A stretch of 64,000 nucleotides of DNA from an uncultured Bacillota bacterium (GTDB lineage: Bacteria; Sysuimicrobiota; Sysuimicrobiia; Sysuimicrobiales; Segetimicrobiaceae). Shown here one piece after another: positions 58,605-64,000 of this stretch. Positions within the stretch are counted from its first letter, which is position 1, and each line of letters starts with the position of its first letter. The stretch spans positions 32,001-96,000 of the forward strand of contig CAWDRG010000015.1 of assembly GCA_963804645.1 (NCBI GenBank), given 5' to 3'. A program made the translations under genes and the position numbers. The notes below the pieces were generated by a model, which worked only from the letters and a program-made list of their open reading frames with translations, was not told the DNA's origin and did no database searches.

Positions 58605-59810
58605 TCAGACGAGGCCCAGCGTCCGGGCGATGAAGCCCGGGCGCAGCACGGTCGCGGGCCGCGTGACGTTGCCGATCGCGGCGATCAGGGCGGTCCCGAG
58701 TTCAGGCTGGGCCCGGAGCCGCCGCACGACGGGGCCCGCGATCCCGGGACGGAACGCCAGCAGCTGCAGGATCCGGGAGATCACGAACACGCCCGTGAGC
58801 TCCCGCCGGGCGCGCTCGTAGACCGCGAGCGCCCGCCGGACCGGGCCGTCCCCGCCGAGCGCCCGCAGCACCGCGGCGGCGGCCAGCTCCGCACCGCGCA
58901 GCGCGAGGTACACTCCCTGGCCGGTGAGCGGGTCGACGTACGCGGCGGCGTCTCCCACGAGCACGATGCCGTCCGCGACGCACGACCGCCGCCAGTACGA
59001 GAGCGGCCCGCTTCCGGCGACGGCCCCCACCTGATGCGCGTGTGCGAGCCGGTCCGCGAGCGCCGGGAATGCGCGGAGGGACGTCCAGTACCACGCGTCG
59101 ATCGGGCCGTGATGCGACCGCAGGGCGCTGCGGTCGACCGCGACGGTCACATTTGCGAGGCCGCCGGGGAGATACGCGACCCCACAGTACCGGTCGGTTC
59201 CCAGGTGGACCTCGCCGACGTCCGGGTCGCGCCCCGCCCAGAGCGGCGCGAGTCCCTCGAGGTATCCTCCCACCGTATACCGTCCGCGCCGCGGCGCGCC
59301 GCCCGATCCGGCGATCCGCGCGACCGCCGACCGAAGGCCGTCCGCACCGACGACCAGAGACGCGCAGTACGTCTCGGGCGCCGCGCCGGGCCGATGGGTG
59401 ACGGCGACCCGGACGCGGCCCGATTCACGTGCGACGCCGACCACGCACGCGCCCTGAAAGACGCGCGTCCCGCACCGTTCCGCGTGCGCGAGCAGGATGT
59501 CGTCGAGCGTCCGGCGCGGCAGGTCCCAGCCGGCCCGCTGTTCGAACGGCAGGGTTACGCCGTCGCCCGTCGGGGCGACGAGATGCATGCCGCGCACCGC
59601 TCTGGCCCCCGAGGCGGCGACGGCGTCGCGCACCCCGAGCCGGGCGAGCGCGGCGTCGCACCCGGGATTGAGATAGTCGCCGCACGGCTTGCGCCGGGGA
59701 AACGTCGCGCGCTCGAACAGCGCGACCCGCACGCCGCGGCTCGCCAGCGATGCCGCGGTGGCGCTGCCGGCCGGGCCGCCGCCCACCACGATCACGTCGG
59801 CCGCCGGCAT
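58605..59810 (-). CDS. FAD-dependent oxidoreductase (geranylgeranyl-reductase/flavin monooxygenase-like)
   Basis: DVIVVGGGPAG, FPRRKPCG, VGADGLRS, VGDAAAYVDPLTGQG. Confidence 0.9.
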   Translation of the reverse strand: MPAADVIVVGGGPAGSATAASLASRGVRVALFERATFPRRKPCGDYLNPGCDAALARLGVRDAVAASGARAVRGMHLVAPTGDGVTLPFEQRAGWDLPRRTLDDILLAHAERCGTRVFQGACVVGVARESGRVRVAVTHRPGAAPETYCASLVVGADGLRSAVARIAGSGGAPRRGRYTVGGYLEGLAPLWAGRDPDVGEVHLGTDRYCGVAYLPGGLANVTVAVDRSALRSHHGPIDAWYWTSLRAFPALADRLAHAHQVGAVAGSGPLSYWRRSCVADGIVLVGDAAAYVDPLTGQGVYLALRGAELAAAAVLRALGGDGPVRRALAVYERARRELTGVFVISRILQLLAFRPGIAGPVVRRLRAQPELGTALIAAIGNVTRPATVLRPGFIARTLGLV

Positions 59811-60514
59811 CAGCCCGTCCGCTCCAGCGCCACGCGGAACAGCGGCAGCGGGGACACGCGGAGGCCGGGCACGCGGGCGGCATCGGCGAGCCGCCGGTAC
59901 TCGTCGGTCGAGCGCGCGCGCCGCACGGACAGCGGGCCGTCGTGGCGAATCATGCGGCTCCGGCTGAGCCGCGTCAGCAGCCACACGGCCGCGTAGCCGG
60001 TGGGGCTGCGCACCAAGTCCACGGCGAGAAACCCGATCCGCGCGACGCGGTCGAGGTCCCGCAGCACCTGCACGCTGTCGTCGGCGCTCAGATGATGAAG
60101 CGTCAGCGAGCAGAGCGCGACGTCGAAGCTGCGATCCGCGAACGGCAGCGCGCACGCATCGGCCCGGACCAGCCGAATCTCCGGGTGGCCGGCCAGCGCC
60201 TCGCGCGCGAGACGGACCGTCGTCGGATGCCGGTCGACGCCGACGATGCGCGCGCGTATCCCGCGGCGCGCCGCCCAGGCCGCCACGGCGATGGGGATAT
60301 CGGCGCCGCCGGTCGCGACGTCGAGGACGCGCAGCGGCGCGAGCGGATCGGTGAGGCCGGCCCGCCAGGCGGGCAGCATGCGGTCGAGATACGCGGCGAC
60401 GAACGCGTGGGCTCCGAAGCGGCCGTTGATCCGCCCGAGATCCCGCAGCGCCGCACGAAGCTCGCGCTCGGCGCAGGCCGGATCGTCCATGAGCTCGGGC
60501 GCGGTGGTCCGCAT
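59810..60514 (-). CDS. SAM-dependent methyltransferase (PKS-associated type)
   Basis: ELMDD..LRDL..IN, VLDVATGGADI, LTLHH, HDGPLSVRRA. Confidence 0.88.
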   Translation of the reverse strand: MRTTAPELMDDPACAERELRAALRDLGRINGRFGAHAFVAAYLDRMLPAWRAGLTDPLAPLRVLDVATGGADIPIAVAAWAARRGIRARIVGVDRHPTTVRLAREALAGHPEIRLVRADACALPFADRSFDVALCSLTLHHLSADDSVQVLRDLDRVARIGFLAVDLVRSPTGYAAVWLLTRLSRSRMIRHDGPLSVRRARSTDEYRRLADAARVPGLRVSPLPLFRVALERTG

Positions 60515-60523
60515 CGGGGCCTC

Positions 60524-60532
60524 ATTATAGCA
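60524..60532 (-). promoter_or_regulatory. extended -10 promoter of the methyltransferase-KS operon (near-leaderless)
   Basis: minus strand TGCTATAAT, 9 nt before ATG 60514. Confidence 0.65.
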
Positions 60533-60618
60533 AGCCTTCGGTCACGCCGCGGTCACACCGAAGGGGGCCGCGGCCGCGTCATCCAATAGATACACGCCGA
60601 ACGGGAGGAGCACGCGAC

Positions 60619-61305
60619 GTGACGCACGCGGTGGTGTTTGATTTTGACGGGCTGATCGTGGACACCGAGATGGCCGAATGCGTGGCCTGGCGGGTGCTGT
60701 ACGCCCGCCGCGGGCTGGTGTTTCCCTTCGAGTCGTGGCTGCAGAACGTCGGCCGCAACGACCGGCCGTTCGATCCCCTCGGGCCGTTTCGGGGTGCCGA
60801 CGGCTCCGCGGACGACGCGGTCCGCGAGTGGCGGGCGCTCGAGACCTCGATCGAACCCGCGTTCCTCATCCCGCTGCCGGGGGTCGTCCCGCTGCTCGAC
60901 ACTCTGCGGCGCGAGCGGTGGAAGGTGGCGATCGCCTCGTCGTCGCGCCACGTCCGCGTCGCCGAGATGGTCGGGCGGCTCGGCCTTGCGGGGCGGTTCG
61001 ATGCGATCGCCGGCGGAGACGAGGTGCCGCACGCGAAGCCTTCGCCCGATGTCTACCTCCTGGCCGCGTCCCGGCTGGAGGTGCCGCCGCAGGCGTGCAC
61101 CGCGCTGGAGGACAGCGCGGCCGGGCTGCGCGCGGCGAAGGCGGCCGGCATGCGCTGCATCGCGGTGCCGTCGCATGTGACGCGCTCCATGGATTTCTCT
61201 CTCGCGGACGCGGTCGTTCCCGACCTGCGGCACGTGACGCTGCACGTCCTGTTGGGCACCGAGGCGCCCGGAGGCGCCGGTCCGGCGCGCGTCGAACCGG
61301 CGTAG
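60619..61305 (+). CDS. HAD-family phosphatase (beta-PGM/CbbY-like)
   Basis: FDFDGLIVDTE, ASSS, KPSPDVY, EDS..G. Confidence 0.92.
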   Translation: MTHAVVFDFDGLIVDTEMAECVAWRVLYARRGLVFPFESWLQNVGRNDRPFDPLGPFRGADGSADDAVREWRALETSIEPAFLIPLPGVVPLLDTLRRERWKVAIASSSRHVRVAEMVGRLGLAGRFDAIAGGDEVPHAKPSPDVYLLAASRLEVPPQACTALEDSAAGLRAAKAAGMRCIAVPSHVTRSMDFSLADAVVPDLRHVTLHVLLGTEAPGGAGPARVEPA

Positions 61306-61352
61306 CGGCGCGCGCCGACGCGAAGGCGGCGGGCGCGGGAAGGGGGCAGTCG

Positions 61353-62306
61353 ATGCGGATCGCCACGCTGCTGCCGAGCGCGACCGAGATCGTCTGCGTC
61401 CTCGGGCTCGCGGCGGACGTCGTCGCGGTGACCCACGAGTGCGATTATCCGCCGGAGATGCGCACGCGCCCGGTGGTGGTGCGTCCGCTCGTGGACTCCG
61501 CGGCGTCCGGGCGGGAGATCGACGCCGCGGTGGAGTCCGCGCTCGCGCGCGGAGAGCCCCTGTACCGCATCGACCTGGACGCGCTCGCCGCCGCCCGGCC
61601 GGATCTTTTGATTACCCAGGACCTCTGCGACGTCTGCGCGCTGCCGAGCCTGGACGTCGACGCGGCGGCCGCGCGCCTGCCCGGCTCTCCTGCGGTGCTC
61701 CGCCTGCACCCGCACACGCTCGAGGATGTGTTGTGCGACGTGGTTCGGGTCGGCGACGCGGTCGGCCGGCCCGGCGCAGCGCACCGCGTGGTGGCGGACC
61801 TGCGCGCGCGAGCGGCCCGCGTCGAGGCGGCGGTGCGGGGACGGCCGCGACCGCGCGTGTTCTGCATGGAGTGGATCGACCCGCCGTTCTGCGGGGGGCA
61901 CTGGATGCCGGAACTGGTGGAACGCGCCGGCGGGCGCGAGGTGCTCGGCTGGCACGGGCGTCCGTCGTTCCGCGTTGAGTGGGACGCGATCGTCGACGCC
62001 GCGCCGGACGTGATCGTACTCACGGTCTGCGGCTTCGACGTCCCGCGAACGCTCGGGGAGCTCGCTGCGGTCGCCTCGCGCCCCGAGTGGCTGGCGCTTC
62101 CGGCCGTTGCGTCCGGACGCGTCTACGCGACCGACGGCGGCAGTTTCTTCAGCCGGTCCGGGCCGCGCCTCATCGAGGGGCTCGAGATCCTCGCCGCGCT
62201 GCTGCATCCCGACGCGGCGGCGTGGGGGACGCCCCCGGGCTCGTGGACGCGCGCGGCGCCGGCCGTATCCGAGCGAATGGCGAGTTCTGGGAGGGGAGAC
62301 TCATGA
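61353..62306 (+). CDS. BtuF/cobalamin-siderophore binding-fold protein, no signal peptide
   Basis: MRIATLLPSATEIV, VTHECDYP, TQDLCDVC, EWIDPP..GHWMPE, FSRSGPRL. Confidence 0.85.
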   Translation: MRIATLLPSATEIVCVLGLAADVVAVTHECDYPPEMRTRPVVVRPLVDSAASGREIDAAVESALARGEPLYRIDLDALAAARPDLLITQDLCDVCALPSLDVDAAAARLPGSPAVLRLHPHTLEDVLCDVVRVGDAVGRPGAAHRVVADLRARAARVEAAVRGRPRPRVFCMEWIDPPFCGGHWMPELVERAGGREVLGWHGRPSFRVEWDAIVDAAPDVIVLTVCGFDVPRTLGELAAVASRPEWLALPAVASGRVYATDGGSFFSRSGPRLIEGLEILAALLHPDAAAWGTPPGSWTRAAPAVSERMASSGRGDS

Positions 62307-63391
62307 GCGACGCATTCCCGACGGTGCGGGCCGCGGTCGTGCAGGCAGCACCGGTCGTATTGGACCGCGACGCGACGGTGGAGAAAGCCTGCCGGCTGGT
62401 GGAGACGGCGGCATCCCAGGGCGCACGGCTCATCCTGTTTCCCGAGGCCTACATTCCTGCCTACCTGTGGGGGCTGACGTTCGGCACGAGACTCGGCGGG
62501 CGGACCCCGGCCGGGCGCCGCACGTGGGCGCGCTATTGGGCGAATGCCGTGGAGATCCCGAGTCCGGCGACAGACGCGCTGTGCCGCGCCGCGCGCAGCG
62601 CGGGCGCGCATCTCGCGATCGGCGTGATTGAGCGCGACGTGCACGGCAGCCGCGGCACCCTGTACTGCACGCTCCTCTACATCGGTCCGGACGGGCGGAT
62701 TCTAGGCAAGCACCGCAAGCTCAAGCCCACCGCGGCCGAGCGGCTGGTTTGGGGCGAGGGCGACGGCAGCACGCTCCCCGTCTTCGCGACCGACCACGGG
62801 CGCCTCGGCGGCCTCATCTGCTGGGAAAACTACATGCCGCTCGCCCGCATGGCCATGTACGGGCAGGGCGTGGACTTGTACCTCGCCCCGACGGCGGACT
62901 GGCGCGACAGCTGGCAGGCCACGATCCGCCACATCGCCTGCGAGGGTCGGTGCTTCGTGCTTTCATGCTGCCAGTACCTGACCAAGGCGATGTGCCCTGC
63001 CGATCTCGAGGTCCGGAGCGAACTGGCGGATGCGCCGGACGTGCTGTCGCGCGGCGGCAGCGCGATCGTCGGACCCCTCGGCGAGTACCTCGCGGGGCCG
63101 CACTTCGGGAGCGAGGAGATCCTGACCGCGGACCTCGATCTCGCGCGCGTGACCGAGGCGCGATTCGATTTCGACGTCGTCGGGCACTACGCGAGGCCGG
63201 ACGTCTTTCGCCTGACGGTAAACCGCGCGGCCGCGACACCCGTGACGCTGGGCGCGCCCGGACCGGAGGCGGCATCGAGCGCGGTGTCGGCCCAGGACCC
63301 CGGTCGCGGCGAGCGGCGCCCCGCGGGCGCCGAGGCCGCGGCCGCGCTCGAGGCGGGCCCCGCCTACGAGATCCGGCAGGACGGGGAGTAG
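62303..63391 (+). CDS. nitrilase (carbon-nitrogen hydrolase)
   Basis: catalytic E-K-C: FPEA, HRKLKPT, LICWENYMP; FDVVGHYARPD. Confidence 0.93.
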   Translation: MSDAFPTVRAAVVQAAPVVLDRDATVEKACRLVETAASQGARLILFPEAYIPAYLWGLTFGTRLGGRTPAGRRTWARYWANAVEIPSPATDALCRAARSAGAHLAIGVIERDVHGSRGTLYCTLLYIGPDGRILGKHRKLKPTAAERLVWGEGDGSTLPVFATDHGRLGGLICWENYMPLARMAMYGQGVDLYLAPTADWRDSWQATIRHIACEGRCFVLSCCQYLTKAMCPADLEVRSELADAPDVLSRGGSAIVGPLGEYLAGPHFGSEEILTADLDLARVTEARFDFDVVGHYARPDVFRLTVNRAAATPVTLGAPGPEAASSAVSAQDPGRGERRPAGAEAAAALEAGPAYEIRQDGE

Positions 63392-63416
63392 CGGGGGGCG
63401 TTCGACCGCGGACGCG

Positions 63417-64000
63417 TCACGTGCGGGCGCTCGCCGTACGGGGTCGTACCAGCGTGACCAGGATGCCCACGATCACGAGGAGCGATCCGAGCCAGAGGCG
63501 CCAGTCCGCAGGTTCCCCGAGCACGGTGATGCCGAGGAGCAGCCCGACCACGGGAAAGACGTACGTCACGAGGGACGCTCGGGTCGCGCCCGCCGTGGTG
63601 ATGAGGTAGAAGTAGAGCAGGTAGGCCACGCACGATCCGAGCAGCCCCAGCCAGGCGAGGCCGATCCACACGATCGGCGGCGCGGCGAGATGCAGCGGGC
63701 GCTCGGCTGCGCCCACGGCCGCCCACAGCATGAGATCTCCGATCAGCACGACCATCGTCGCCTGCACGAGCGGAGGCGCACCGCGCAGGTGCTTCCGCGA
63801 GTAGGTGGCGGCGATCGCGTAGCTGAGGCTCGCCCCGAGGAGCGCCGCCTGTCCCCACGCGGAGTCCTGCAGTCCGTGGGGGCCCAGATCGCGGCTCCCG
63901 AGCACGATGACCCCGGCGAATCCGGCGGCAAGTCCGACGGCTCTCGCCGGGGTGATCTTCTCGTCGTGCAGCCAGAGATGCGCGATGACAATCGTGAACA
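63417..64000 (-). CDS. EamA/DMT transporter (5' end beyond window)
   Basis: multi-TM; LHDEKIT, AYLLYFYLI..GATRASLVTYVFPVVG..LGE. Confidence 0.88.
   Translation of the reverse strand, partial: FTIVIAHLWLHDEKITPARAVGLAAGFAGVIVLGSRDLGPHGLQDSAWGQAALLGASLSYAIAATYSRKHLRGAPPLVQATMVVLIGDLMLWAAVGAAERPLHLAAPPIVWIGLAWLGLLGSCVAYLLYFYLITTAGATRASLVTYVFPVVGLLLGITVLGEPADWRLWLGSLLVIVGILVTLVRPRTASART

Overview
High-GC bacterial chromosomal window, probably from a Terrabacteria lineage. This is inferred from Bacillota-like glpX-argS-rho-rpmE-prfA-prmC-tsaC-glyA-upp and rplY-pth synteny plus an SLH protein; Armatimonadota or CSP1-3-like is a guess. About 65 CDSs are supported. No rRNA, tRNA, CRISPR array, integrase or transposase was seen. 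The housekeeping core (accDABC, htrA, glpX, argS, rho, rpmE, prfA, prmC, tsaC, glyA, upp, rplY, pth, tatC) is interleaved with accessory loci. The most notable are: (1) a methyltransferase / FAD enzyme / SRPBCC cyclase / FabF-type ketosynthase operon resembling a type III PKS tailoring cassette with the type III PKS replaced; (2) three tandem orphan paralogs just downstream that resemble NTF2-fold immunity proteins; (3) an ECF sigma / zinc anti-sigma operon whose RseB/MucB-like protein is fused to a polysaccharide deacetylase; (4) a lower-GC island with a cyclase-STAND-TPR protein, an unknown helical protein and a signal-less S53 protease; (5) an otnK-otnC catabolic operon with non-canonical partners, including an SDR with His in place of the catalytic Tyr; (6) an APC-USP-TrkA-TrkA module with no TrkH. 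Six frameshifts cluster at 47.6-50.4 kb and may be assembly errors. All family calls come from motif recognition by eye, not database searches.
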